Shown here in pieces: positions 1-9,052 of a DNA stretch of 64,000 nucleotides; the stretch's first letter is position 1, and each line of letters begins with the position of its first letter. Made by a program: the position numbers and the translations under genes. The notes below the pieces were generated by a model. That model had not been told where the DNA came from and ran no database searches. It worked only from the letters and a program-made list of their open reading frames with translations. Origin of the DNA: Pyrinomonadaceae bacterium (GTDB lineage: Bacteria; Acidobacteriota; Blastocatellia; Pyrinomonadales; Pyrinomonadaceae); NCBI GenBank assembly GCA_035645715.1, contig DASQMB010000056.1, positions 18,551-82,550 on the forward strand, in the 5' to 3' direction.

Positions 1-357
1 GTTCCACTGCGGCAGGACGACGACGGCGCGGCGCGGCCCCTCGTCTCGCCCGCGCCGCCTCGCGTCGGGGAAGAAGCGAGCGCGCACCGTGTCGTTCTCG
101 GGCGCGGGCGTGCCGACGGCGCTCGTCCAGGTCAGGCGGTCGCCGGCGAGCCGGTAGTCCGTCACATCGGGCAGCGCGTAGAACTCCTCGCTGCGTTCGA
201 CCCACGCGCGCGCTAGGCGTTCGACGGCGCGGCGCGGCCCCTCGCCGTTCTCGCCGCCGCCGACGAACTCCGCGCCCCACTCGAACGGCCGCACGACGCG
301 GTTCGTGTCGCGCGCCGCGTGCCTCTGCTCCTTCGACCTGATGTAACGACCCAGCAA
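1..357 (-). CDS. Hypothetical protein, 5' part only (gene runs off the left edge); possible alpha/beta-hydrolase-type N-terminus
   Basis: The reverse frame is open to position 1. It translates as LGRYIRSKEQRHAARDTNRVVRPFEWGAEFVGGGENGEGPRRAVERLARAWVERSEEFYALPDVTDYRLAGDRLTWTSAVGTPAPENDTVRARFFPDARRRGRDEGPRRAVVVLPQWN, with GC-rich third positions. It is absent from the ORF track because it is edge-truncated. The TTG start at 357 is a guess, and the product call rests only on weak recollection of the family. Confidence 0.4.
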   Translation of the reverse strand, partial: MLGRYIRSKEQRHAARDTNRVVRPFEWGAEFVGGGENGEGPRRAVERLARAWVERSEEFYALPDVTDYRLAGDRLTWTSAVGTPAPENDTVRARFFPDARRRGRDEGPRRAVVVLPQWN

Positions 358-491
358 AACTTCTCGCGGCCCCTCGCCCGTTCCGTTGAATTTCCAGCGG
401 CGTGAAAGCGGCCATCCTAAACGTGCGCGCGCCGGCGGGGCAAGCGCGGCCGCCGCGTTCCCATCTCGGAACCGCGGCGGCGGGCGCGGGG

Positions 492-3400
492 TCAGTTGAC
501 CCAGCGGGCGACGGCGCCGGCCGCGCGCAGCTCCTCCTGAAGCCGCTCGTTCGGCTGGACGCGGATGACCCCTCCGGTCCGCGCCTTGACCTTCAGGCCC
601 TCGTCTTTGAGGAGCATGTCGAGGAGCACCTCGCAGTCGCCGGGGTGCGCCAGCAGCGCCTGCGAGATGGTCTCGCTGACGCGGACGCAGTCGCCGTCCA
701 CCTCGAACTCGACGACGAGCGTCTTGTTCGGGCCGCCGAAGCGGGAGCCGGCGTTCTTCGCCGTCTCGATGGGAGCGACCTCGTCGAGGATGAGCTGCGG
801 GTTGCCCTCGGCCGCGCCCTCGCAGCGGCCCGTCACGACCACGACCTTGTCGTTGGCCGCCTCCTGCCCCTTCGTCCTGAAAGACTCGGGCCACATCACG
901 CACTTGACGGAGCTGCCCGAGAGGTCTTCGACCTTGAACATCGCGTAGCGGTCGCCCTTCTTCGTGTTCCTGACGGCGAACTCCGAGATGATGCCGGCCA
1001 CCCTCACCCGCGCCGTCGGCCCCGCCGAGACGAGGTCGGGGACGGGCGTGCAGTTGAGCCAGCCGATCTTCTCCGCGTGGTCTTCGAGCGGGTGGCCCGA
1101 GACGTAGAAGCCGACCGCGGCCTTCTCGTTGTCGAGCATCTGCCGGTGCGTCCAGGCGGGCGCGTCGGTCAGTTGCGCGTGGTCGTCCGGGCCTTCGGGC
1201 TGGGCGGCCGCCAGCATGCCGAACATGTCCGCCTGCCCGCTGTCGCGCTCGCGCCGCCTGCGCGCCCCCAGCTCCAGCGCGCGGTCCACGTTCGCGTGCA
1301 GCGTGGCCCGCCAGTGGTGAGGCTCGTCGCCCGAGGGCATCAGCGAGTCGAAGGCCCCGGCGCAGACGAGGCTCTCCATCACGCGCTTGCCGGAGCCCTT
1401 CTCGCCGACGCGCTCGGCGAAGTCGAAGAGCGACTTGAAGGGGCGCTCGCGCCGCCCCTCGATGACGGCCGAGACGGCCGTCTGCCCTAAGCCCTTGATG
1501 GCCGAAAGCCCGTAGCGGATCGCGCCCTCGACCGGCGTAAAGCCCTGCCGCGACTCGTTCACGTCGGGCGGCAGCATCCTGATCTTCTGCGCACGCAGTT
1601 CCGAAGCGTACTTGAAAATCTTGGCCGCGTCGTCCGTACAGTAGGTCATCACGGCCGCGTAGAAGTGCTCGGGGAAGTTGGCCTTGAGGTACGCGGTCTG
1701 GTAGGCGACGTGGGCGTAGGCGACCGAGTGAGAGCGGTTGAAGCCGTAGTCGGCGAACTGCGCCATCAGGCGGAAGATTTCCTTCGCCTTCTTCTTCGGT
1801 ATCTTGTTCTTCGTGCAGCCCTCGACGAACTTCTCCTCGTGGACGGCCATCTCCTCGCGCTTCTTCTTGCCCATCGCGCGGCGCATCAAATCGGCCTCGC
1901 CCAGTGAGTAGCCGCCGAGCTTCTGCGCGAGCTGCATGATCTGTTCCTGGTAGACCAGCACGCCGTAGGTGTTCCTGAGGATGTCCTCCATCTCGGGCGT
2001 GATGTACTCGACCGTCTTCTTGCCGTGGTAGCGGTCGATGAAGTCGTCCACCATGCCGCCGTCTAAGGGGCCGGGGCGGTAGAGGGCGTTTAAGGCCGAG
2101 AGGTCTTCGATGGACTTGGGCTTGAGCTTGCGGCAAATCTCCTGCATCCCCGAAGACTCGAACTGGAAGACGGCTTCGGTGCGCCCGAGGCCGAACAGCT
2201 CGAAGGTTTTCGGGTCGTCCTGCGGGACGAGCTTCCAGTCGATCTCGCGCCCGTGCAGCTCGCGGATCGACTTACAGCACTGGTCGATGATGGAGAGGGT
2301 CGTGAGGCCCAGGAAGTCCATCTTGAGCATGCCGGTCTTTTCGAGGTCCGACATCTCGAACTGCGTCGTGAACTCCTGCTTGTTGTTGACGGCGACGGGT
2401 ATCAGCTCTTCGAGCGGTTTGGGCGAGATGACGACGCCGGCCGCGTGCACGGACGAGTGGCGCGCGCAGCCTTCGAGCCGCTTGGCGATGTCGATGACCT
2501 TCCTGACCTGCGGGTCCGACTCGACCGCCTGCTTCAGCTCGGGCACCATCTCAAGGGCCTGGCTGATCGAGACGTTGCGGCCCCGGATGGGCGGCGGGAT
2601 GAGCTTCGCTATCTTCTCCACGTCGGCGTAGGGCATGTCGAGGGCGCGCCCCACGTCCTTAATCGCCGCCTTCGAGGCGAGCGTGCCGAAGGTGATGATC
2701 TGGCAGACCGAGTCGCGGCCGTAGAGCTGCGTGACGTGGTTGATGACCTCCGCGCGGCCGTTGACGCAGAAGTCAATATCAATATCCGGCATCGAGACGC
2801 GCTCGGGGTTGAGGAAGCGCTCGAAGAGCAGGTCGTACTGGAGCGGGTCAACGTCGGTGATCTCCAGGCAATAGGCGATGAGCGAGCCGGCGGCCGAGCC
2901 GCGGCCCGGCCCGACGGGAATGCCGCGCTCGCGCGCGAAGCGGATGAAGTCCCAGACGATGAGGAAGTAAGAGGGGAACCCCATCTGCTTGATGATGGCG
3001 ATCTCGCGCGAGACCCTCTGCTGGTATTCGTCGAGGCGGTGCCTGAGCGTCCCCGAAGAGATCATCGGGTCCCAGACGGTCTCGCGCCGCTTCTCGTACC
3101 CTTGCCTGACGACCTTCTCGAAATACTCGTCAATCGAGATGTCGCCCTCCTCGGCCGGGATGGGGAAGACGGGCAGGTGGTTCTCGCCCAGGGGGAGCTT
3201 GAGATTGCACATCTCTGCCACCTCCATCGTGCGCGAGACGGCGTCGGGCGCGTAGGTGAAGATTTGCGCCATCTCGTCGGGCGAGCGGACGTACCATTCC
3301 GGGCCGCCGAAGCTCATCCGGTCGCGGTCGTTGACGGTCTTGCCCGTGCCGATGCAGAGCATCACATCGTGGGCCTCGTAGTCGTCGCGCATCAGGTAGT

Positions 3401-4034
3401 GTGCGTCGTTGGTGGCGACGAGCGGGATGCCTGTGCGCTTCGACAGCTCGACGAGGCTGCCGTTGATCCGTTGCTGGTCTTCGAGCTTGTGGTCCTGTAT
3501 TTCGAGGTAGTAGTTGCCGCGCCCGAGGATGTCCTGAAACTCGTGGGCCGCGCGCTCGGCCGCTTCGATGTTGCCCTCCTTGAGGTGCGCCTGCGGCACG
3601 CCCGACAGACAGGCCGAGAGCCCGATGAGGCCGCCGCCGAACTGCGACAAGAGCTCGCGGTCGATGCGCGGCTTGCGGTAGAAGCCCTCGCGGAAAGCCT
3701 TCGACGTGAGGCGCACGAGGTTGTGGTAGCCCTCGCGGTCCTTCGCCAGCAGGATCATGTGGTTGTAGGGCTTCACGCCTTTGCGCCCGTCGGCCTTCTC
3801 GAACCTGCTCGACGGTGCCAGGTAGACCTCACAGCCGATCAGCGGTTTGATGTCGGCCGCTTTCATCTCCTTGTAGAAGGAGACGGCGCCGTACATGTTG
3901 CCGTGGTCTGTCATGGCGCAGGCCGTCATGCCGAGTTCTTTGACGCGCTCGGCGAGGGGCTTGATCTGGATGGCGCCGTCGAGGAGTGAATAGTCTGTGT
4001 GCAGGTGGAGGTGTGCGAAGTCAGTCTTGGGCAT
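492..4034 (-). CDS. dnaE: DNA polymerase III alpha subunit
   Basis: The ORF is 1180 aa. It has the N-terminal PHP motif HLHLHTDYSLLDG, the pol III alpha core (FLIVWDFIRFARERGIPVGPGRGSAAGSLIAYCLEITDVDP, PDIDIDF) and a C-terminal OB-fold region. Confidence 0.97.
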   Translation of the reverse strand: MPKTDFAHLHLHTDYSLLDGAIQIKPLAERVKELGMTACAMTDHGNMYGAVSFYKEMKAADIKPLIGCEVYLAPSSRFEKADGRKGVKPYNHMILLAKDREGYHNLVRLTSKAFREGFYRKPRIDRELLSQFGGGLIGLSACLSGVPQAHLKEGNIEAAERAAHEFQDILGRGNYYLEIQDHKLEDQQRINGSLVELSKRTGIPLVATNDAHYLMRDDYEAHDVMLCIGTGKTVNDRDRMSFGGPEWYVRSPDEMAQIFTYAPDAVSRTMEVAEMCNLKLPLGENHLPVFPIPAEEGDISIDEYFEKVVRQGYEKRRETVWDPMISSGTLRHRLDEYQQRVSREIAIIKQMGFPSYFLIVWDFIRFARERGIPVGPGRGSAAGSLIAYCLEITDVDPLQYDLLFERFLNPERVSMPDIDIDFCVNGRAEVINHVTQLYGRDSVCQIITFGTLASKAAIKDVGRALDMPYADVEKIAKLIPPPIRGRNVSISQALEMVPELKQAVESDPQVRKVIDIAKRLEGCARHSSVHAAGVVISPKPLEELIPVAVNNKQEFTTQFEMSDLEKTGMLKMDFLGLTTLSIIDQCCKSIRELHGREIDWKLVPQDDPKTFELFGLGRTEAVFQFESSGMQEICRKLKPKSIEDLSALNALYRPGPLDGGMVDDFIDRYHGKKTVEYITPEMEDILRNTYGVLVYQEQIMQLAQKLGGYSLGEADLMRRAMGKKKREEMAVHEEKFVEGCTKNKIPKKKAKEIFRLMAQFADYGFNRSHSVAYAHVAYQTAYLKANFPEHFYAAVMTYCTDDAAKIFKYASELRAQKIRMLPPDVNESRQGFTPVEGAIRYGLSAIKGLGQTAVSAVIEGRRERPFKSLFDFAERVGEKGSGKRVMESLVCAGAFDSLMPSGDEPHHWRATLHANVDRALELGARRRRERDSGQADMFGMLAAAQPEGPDDHAQLTDAPAWTHRQMLDNEKAAVGFYVSGHPLEDHAEKIGWLNCTPVPDLVSAGPTARVRVAGIISEFAVRNTKKGDRYAMFKVEDLSGSSVKCVMWPESFRTKGQEAANDKVVVVTGRCEGAAEGNPQLILDEVAPIETAKNAGSRFGGPNKTLVVEFEVDGDCVRVSETISQALLAHPGDCEVLLDMLLKDEGLKVKARTGGVIRVQPNERLQEELRAAGAVARWVN

Positions 4035-4209
4035 GATGGCGAAAGCTGCTGTCGGGGACCGGGTTTGCCTTGATAGTTGTAGTTGTCGAACGTAGTTTGC
4101 GGGGCCGCGCTGTAGGGGCCGTCCGCGAGCGTGCGGAGTGGTGAGTATAGCCGCTCAGGGTGGTGTGTCAACGGCCCTCGCCGGGCGCCGGAAAAAGGGC
4201 GAAAAAGGT

Positions 4210-4247
4210 GAGAGGGGAGACCGCCCGCGCGGGCGGTCTCCCCTCTC
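4210..4247 (-). terminator. Intrinsic terminator downstream of the S8 protease gene
   Basis: A perfect 17-bp stem (gagaggggagaccgccc / gggcggtctcccctctc) with a 4-nt loop. On the minus strand it is followed by ACCUUUUUCGCCCUUUUUCC. Confidence 0.7.
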
Positions 4248-4294
4248 GCTCGTTTAACTTGAGGCGGCCCCGCCCCGCGGCGGCCGCACGGGAC

Positions 4295-5839
4295 TTACGG
4301 GTTTTGCAGCCAGAGGCTGTAGCTGCCCGAGCCGCTGTAGGAGTAGACGTGCCAGCGGTAGTAGCCGGCCGTCCCGTAATAAGAGATGTCCTCGTTCGAG
4401 GTGGCCGTCTCGCCGCGGGCCACGATCACCCACGAAGAGCCGTTCCACTTTTGCAGGTAGAGGTCGAAGTCGGCGCCCGACGTGGGGCCGCGCAGCCAGC
4501 CGCGGTGATAGCCCGAGACTGAGCTGTAGTAGTAGCTCCCGTTCGGCTGGTACTGCGACGAGCCGGTGCCGGAGAGCGAGCCCGTGTACTGCGTGCAGCC
4601 GGTGCAGGGCGCGCCCCCGCCCCCGCCGCCGTCGGTCGTCAGCAGCGAGTAGAGCAGGCGGTTGGGCGAGCCCGTGCCGATGCCCGTCAGCTTGCCGGTC
4701 GAGGCGGTGTTGATGATCTGCGAGGCCACGGTCGAGGGCGTGGCCCCCGTGTTGTTTTGCAGGTAGAGGGCCGCGACGCCCGCCACGTGCGGCGACGCCA
4801 TCGAGGTGCCGCTGATGGTGTTGGTCGCCGTGTCGGAGGTGTACCAGGCCGACTGGACGGAGGAGCCGGGCGCGAAGATGTCGAGGCAGGTGCCGATGTT
4901 CGAGAAGTCGGAGCGCGCGTCCGACGAGGTGGTCGAACCGACCGTGACGGCGTTCGCCACGCGGGCCGGCGAGTAGTTGCAGGCGTTGGCCCCGTAATCG
5001 TTGCCGGCCGCGACCACCACCGTCACGCCCGAGTTGATGAGGTTGTTGACGGCCGTGTCGAGCGCCGAAGAGGCCCCGCCGCCGAGGCTCATGTTCGCCA
5101 CGGCCGGCAGCACGCGGTTCTGCCGCACCCAATCAACGCCCGCGATCACGCCCGAATCCGTCCCGTTGCCCGTGCAGTTCAAGACGCGCACGGCGTAGAG
5201 GCTGACGCCCTTCGCCACGCCGTAGGTCGAGCCGCCGACCGTGCCGGCGACGTGCGTGCCGTGCCCGTTGCAGTCGTTCGAGTTCTGCCCGTCGCCGATG
5301 GCATCGTAGCCGGCGAACGCGCGCCCGCCGAAGTCCTGGTGCGTGCGCCGGATGCCGGTGTCGATGATGTAGGCGCGGACGCCCGAGCCGGTCGGCGTGT
5401 AGTTGTAAGCCGAGTTGAGTGGCCGGTCGCGCTGGTCTATGCGGTCGAGACCCCAGGGCGGGTTCGACTGCGTGGCCGAGATGCTGACGACGCCGTCCTC
5501 TTCGACGTACTCGACGCGCGGGTCGTCGGCCAGCCGCTCGGCCTGCTCCGCGCTCATCTCGACCGAGAAGCCGAGCAGCGCGTGGCGGTAGAGCCTCTTG
5601 ACCTTGCCGTTGTGGGCCGAGGCCATGTCGGCCGCGACGTTCGGCACGAAGGAACTGTCGCCGTAGGGCTGCGCCGCCCATTCGTTCAGGACGACGATGT
5701 AGTTGTTAGGGACGGGGCGGGCCTTCTTGCGAATCTTCTCTTTCTTCTGGCCGCTGACGACCGGCGTGGTGGTCTGAGACGTGAAGGCCGCGGCGGCCAG
5801 GACCAGGACGGCCGCGAGGAACAGGGTGACTCTCTTCAT
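4295..5839 (-). CDS. Secreted subtilisin-family (S8, proteinase K-like) serine protease with N-terminal propeptide and C-terminal PPC-like domain
   Basis: It has a signal peptide ([19 protein letters not shown]). Catalytic triad contexts are YIIDTGI (Asp), [10 protein letters not shown] (His) and [12 protein letters not shown] (Ser). The tail is Gly-rich followed by an aromatic-rich beta domain. Confidence 0.9.
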   Translation of the reverse strand: MKRVTLFLAAVLVLAAAAFTSQTTTPVVSGQKKEKIRKKARPVPNNYIVVLNEWAAQPYGDSSFVPNVAADMASAHNGKVKRLYRHALLGFSVEMSAEQAERLADDPRVEYVEEDGVVSISATQSNPPWGLDRIDQRDRPLNSAYNYTPTGSGVRAYIIDTGIRRTHQDFGGRAFAGYDAIGDGQNSNDCNGHGTHVAGTVGGSTYGVAKGVSLYAVRVLNCTGNGTDSGVIAGVDWVRQNRVLPAVANMSLGGGASSALDTAVNNLINSGVTVVVAAGNDYGANACNYSPARVANAVTVGSTTSSDARSDFSNIGTCLDIFAPGSSVQSAWYTSDTATNTISGTSMASPHVAGVAALYLQNNTGATPSTVASQIINTASTGKLTGIGTGSPNRLLYSLLTTDGGGGGGAPCTGCTQYTGSLSGTGSSQYQPNGSYYYSSVSGYHRGWLRGPTSGADFDLYLQKWNGSSWVIVARGETATSNEDISYYGTAGYYRWHVYSYSGSGSYSLWLQNP

Positions 5840-6295
5840 CTAGCAAAACCTCCGGTGGGCTCAAGAATTCCAGCGTTGGCGCGCGGGGCGCCCGCGCGCG
5901 ACGTTGCGTTGTGAGGGTGGGGCGGTCCGCGCGCGTGACCGCCCCGCTTGGTCCGGGGCTTGAAGCGAGCTGTGCTGCCGCGTCAGAAGCCGCTGACGTT
6001 GAGCCGCCCGCTGGGCAGTCCGTTGACGGGAAGAGATAGCCTTACCGTCGGTATGAAGCCGTCACAAACGAGATGAATTCGGAGAGGCCCGGGCGCCGAA
6101 CAGGCGCACCGCCGCCCGCCTGAACCGCAGACACTTTCCGCCGGGCACACTACGGCCGGGCGAAGTAAACGCCTGAAATTTTTACTTGATTGAGGGGCAA
6201 GAGGTAGCTCGTGAGAGCCGTACTAACAACCTGCTTCGGGGGAAGAGCAGCTTTCGGGGTGAGGCACTATAACAAAAATTTCTGCGCGCGCAAGA

Positions 6296-6331
6296 AAAAT
6301 TTTCGGAATTATGCACTTAGCACACCCAAAG
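6296..6331. repeat. Left terminal inverted repeat
   Basis: aaaattttcggaattatgcacttagcacacccaaag. The reverse complement of 8901..8936 is aaaattttgggaattatggctttgacacacccaaag. Confidence 0.6.
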
Positions 6332-6351
6332 AAAAAGCGTAGTGTCTACGC

Positions 6352-7350
6352 ATGAAGAAGAAGGAAGCCGGCTCCATCCTCGAACCCCACTTCACCGACG
6401 AAGATAAGGCGCGCGAATACCTCGAAAAGATGCGCTGGCCGGAGGGCGTCGTCTGCCCGCATTGCGGCCTGTTGGGCGAAGCCTATCGGATTAACGTCAA
6501 GGAAAAGACGGCCGAAGAAATCGAAGCCATGAAGGCGGCTGGCAAGCGCGTCCGCAAAGCCCGCAAAGGTCTGTGGAAGTGCGCCGGCTGCCGCGAACAG
6601 TTTACGGTGACGGTCAAGAGCATCTTTGAAGACAGCCACATCCCGCTTCACAAGTGGCTGCTGGCGATTCACCTTCTCACCGCGTCAAAGAAGGGCATGA
6701 GCGCGCATCAGCTTATGCGGATGCTCGACATTAAGCAGTACAAGTCGGCGTGGTTCATGGCGCACCGCATCCGCTACGCGATGACGGGCGAGATTTTCGA
6801 GAAGGCGTCTGGCATCGTTGAAGTTGATGAGGCTTACATCGGCGGGAAGCGCCGGAATAAGCACGCCCTAGCGGTCAAGCCGGGCCAGCGCGCGCAAGAG
6901 TCGGCTCGGCCCGGTCGCGGACAAGGCGGCCGTGGTTACGGTCCTTGAGCGCGGCGGCAAGGTCCGCTCGCGGCACGTCGAGAAGGTGACGGCTAAGAAC
7001 CTTCATGCGGTCATTAACGAAGTGTGCGAGGAAGACGCCCATGTTATGACCGATACGGGCGTGCTGCGCGGGATGAAGGACCGGAAGCACTCATTGGTGA
7101 ATCACAAGGCCGATAGTATGTGCAGTATGAGGAAGGCGTGTGCGTCACCACTAACACCGTCGAGGGCTACTTCTCGCTTCTGAAACGCGGCATCAATGGC
7201 GTCTACCATCACGTCAGCAAGAAGCACCTTCACAGGTACTTGGGGGAGTTTGATTTCCGCTACAATGGGCGTAAAATAACAGACGGCGAGAGAGCCGAAG
7301 GTGCCATCAAAGGCGCCGAGGGGAAACGCCTAAAGTACCGGGACTCATGA
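6352..7350 (+). pseudogene. IS1595-family (ISXO2-like) transposase, disrupted by two frameshifts
   Basis: Three consecutive ORF fragments in different frames (6352..6948, 6932..7183, 7120..7350) together rebuild the family layout. The pieces are an N-terminal zinc ribbon (CPHCG...KCAGC), VEVDEAYIGGKRRNKH, AAVVTVLERGGKVRSRHV, MTD...LVNH, then YVQYEEGVCVTTNTVEGYFSLLKRGINGVYHHVSKKHLHRYLGEFDFRYN. Confidence 0.85.
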
Positions 7351-7389
7351 AGCGGCGCGTGAAATAGTAGGCTGATTTCACGCGCCGCT
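7351..7389 (+). terminator. Perfect 15-bp hairpin immediately after the transposase stop codon (terminator-like, no U tract)
   Basis: The arms are agcggcgcgtgaaat and atttcacgcgccgct, with the loop agtaggctg. Confidence 0.35.
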
Positions 7390-7463
7390 ATCCCTCTAGA
7401 AATAGGTTGCGGCGAGCGGCCTTCGTCTATACAATCCGGCATCTAACTCCCGATAGGCTCATC

Positions 7464-8270
7464 ATGGCAGTTGAACTACGCATAGTTTGGGATGGGGATG
7501 TTCCGGGCATAGCGGAGCATCGGCTGAGCATTGCCGCGTTCGGTGAAGCCATCAACCTCCTTCTCGCGGCATACCGAAGAATCGCCAGCAATATGTTTAG
7601 CGCCGCAGAGGAGTATGCGGTGACGGGGCGACTGCATAACCTAGCGAAGCTGGTAGATGTTGAGATTGCGGCGATTGAAGGTAGCTCTACCGGGATTGTG
7701 GCGTATGGGACGTTCCGCCCAACGTTTCAGCCCCAAGCCTCCTTTTTTGTCAATGACATTGCTGAGCGAGCCGCCGCCGAACTTGTCGAGTCTATCCAAC
7801 AGGAAGGTAACGGGCAGCCTCGCAATGCGGACGTGCGGAAGTTTCTGGCGGCTTTACCGGAGGGTTTGACGCGACAACGTTACGAGCTAACGGACGACAA
7901 CGGCCAGACCCTACATGCTCCGGTCGAACTTGGGCATCTGAACTTGCCCGCCCCCTCGCTTGTTGACTTGCCCTATCTTTTTGAATTTACAGGTAACGTT
8001 ATCGGGGTGGGCTTTGAGCCGGGTAAAAGTGAAGTTCGCATTAGGACGGTTAGCACCGAAAGCTTACAGCTTTCGGCCACAACGGCGCTCGTAGAGAGAG
8101 CATTATCCCTGCGAAACGACCTTGTGCGTGGAATGGCAGTCAGAAGGAAGGAAGCGCGACTCTTGCGGCTTGACGCGAGGAACGCAGAGCCATTTGCCCT
8201 TACGCCAGAAGTGGCCCGGCGGCATGTCTTCACACGTTGGGATGAACTACTGACGAGGCTTGCCCAATGA
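7464..8270 (+). CDS. Hypothetical 268-aa protein, upstream partner of Doc (no family recognised)
   Basis: The track ORF starts at a TTG (7407); I prefer the ATG at 7464 (MAVELRIVWDG...). Its stop overlaps the doc start in an ATGA (8267..8270). I see no signal peptide, TM segment or known motif. Confidence 0.7.
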   Translation: MAVELRIVWDGDVPGIAEHRLSIAAFGEAINLLLAAYRRIASNMFSAAEEYAVTGRLHNLAKLVDVEIAAIEGSSTGIVAYGTFRPTFQPQASFFVNDIAERAAAELVESIQQEGNGQPRNADVRKFLAALPEGLTRQRYELTDDNGQTLHAPVELGHLNLPAPSLVDLPYLFEFTGNVIGVGFEPGKSEVRIRTVSTESLQLSATTALVERALSLRNDLVRGMAVRRKEARLLRLDARNAEPFALTPEVARRHVFTRWDELLTRLAQ

Positions 8271-8704
8271 ACGGTGCGGAGGTCTGGCGAGAGTTCATCT
8301 CGCCAGAAATCATCATAGAACTGCACGAAGTGGGTATGGATAGATACGGCGGGTTGAAGTCTCTCCCCGTCGAGGGTTGTGTTGAGCGTAGCGCGGGCGG
8401 GGCTTATACGGCGAGTCTGTACACGGCAAAGAATAACCCGCCGACTGCGCTTGAAATTGCGTTACCATTCGCGGGCTATCTTTTATTCTATCTAGCAAAG
8501 AATCATTGTTTCTCTGACGGCAATAAGCGCGTAGCGTGGACTGCGACAATGCACGTTCTTGCGCATTTCGGTTTGACGTTGACGGCCACCCAAGATGCAG
8601 CCTATGAACTTGTTGACGCGGTGGTAACGGGCAGAATTGAGGGCGGCGCAGACGTGACCCTTTGGCTGGAACAATACCTTACAGCTATTGATTATGAAAG
8701 TTAA
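8267..8704 (+). CDS. doc: Doc (death-on-curing) family Fic-fold toxin
   Basis: The ORF is 145 aa and carries the Doc-type Fic motif HCFSDGNKRVAW (HxFxDGNKR) at 8504..8530. Its size is typical of the family. Confidence 0.9.
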   Translation: MNGAEVWREFISPEIIIELHEVGMDRYGGLKSLPVEGCVERSAGGAYTASLYTAKNNPPTALEIALPFAGYLLFYLAKNHCFSDGNKRVAWTATMHVLAHFGLTLTATQDAAYELVDAVVTGRIEGGADVTLWLEQYLTAIDYES

Positions 8705-8861
8705 AGAACCCACACCAAACCCGGCAGGCAAAAAAGGCAAGCCGCTCAACTTGTCACATCTCACCTTTGATGAGGCTGTGCGGAAAATGCTAGCGACTGA
8801 GCCACCGAAGCCAGAACCTAAAGCCCCGAAGCCGCCGAAGAAGTCAGCCCCGCGCAAGTAA
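8694..8861 (+). CDS. Small Lys/Pro-rich ORF (55 aa) overlapping the doc 3' end
   Basis: The ATG at 8694 overlaps the doc stop by 11 nt. The product is MKVKEPTPNPAGKKGKPLNLSHLTFDEAVRKMLATEPPKPEPKAPKPPKKSAPRK. It falls below the ORF-track size cutoff and has no obvious Shine-Dalgarno sequence. Coding status is uncertain. Confidence 0.35.
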   Translation: MKVKEPTPNPAGKKGKPLNLSHLTFDEAVRKMLATEPPKPEPKAPKPPKKSAPRK

Positions 8862-8900
8862 GCCCCGCCCGCCGTTCCGCGCCCGATTACCTCTCTAATC

Positions 8901-8936
8901 CTTTGGGTGTGTCAAAGCCATAATTCCCAAAATTTT
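8901..8936. repeat. Right terminal inverted repeat
   Basis: ctttgggtgtgtcaaagccataattcccaaaatttt, which is 30/36 complementary to 6296..6331. Confidence 0.6.
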
Positions 8937-9052
8937 CGGGCCGGACCGTCTGTAGGTTCGGTGCGTGCGGGACCGCACTTTTCCAATTTCCACGAAGGCC
9001 CGCCTGGCCCCGGCGGCAGTGCCGGCAGTGACGGCAACTTGCTGACGCCCGT

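Larger units (their letters stand above)
6296..8936 (+). mobile_element. IS1595-family-like element with passenger genes, transposase decayed
   Basis: 36-bp imperfect terminal inverted repeats (30/36 identical) bracket a block whose GC content is visibly lower (about 50%) than the flanks. The block holds a frameshifted IS1595-type transposase plus three further ORFs. I found no clear target-site duplication. Confidence 0.6.

Noticed and set aside
402-3989. Long plus-strand ORFs (402..1490 and 2253..3989) lying opposite dnaE.
   Set aside because: These are antisense mirror ORFs typical of high-GC DNA. Their translations are Arg/Ala/Gly/Leu/Val-rich low-complexity sequences, and the strand is fully occupied by an unambiguous dnaE gene.
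6288-8944. An 8-bp target-site duplication flanking the IS-like element.
   Set aside because: The flanks (gcgcaaga on the left and cgggccgg on the right) do not match. Shifting the boundary within the self-complementary AAAATTTT end does not help. I therefore report the element boundaries with only moderate confidence.
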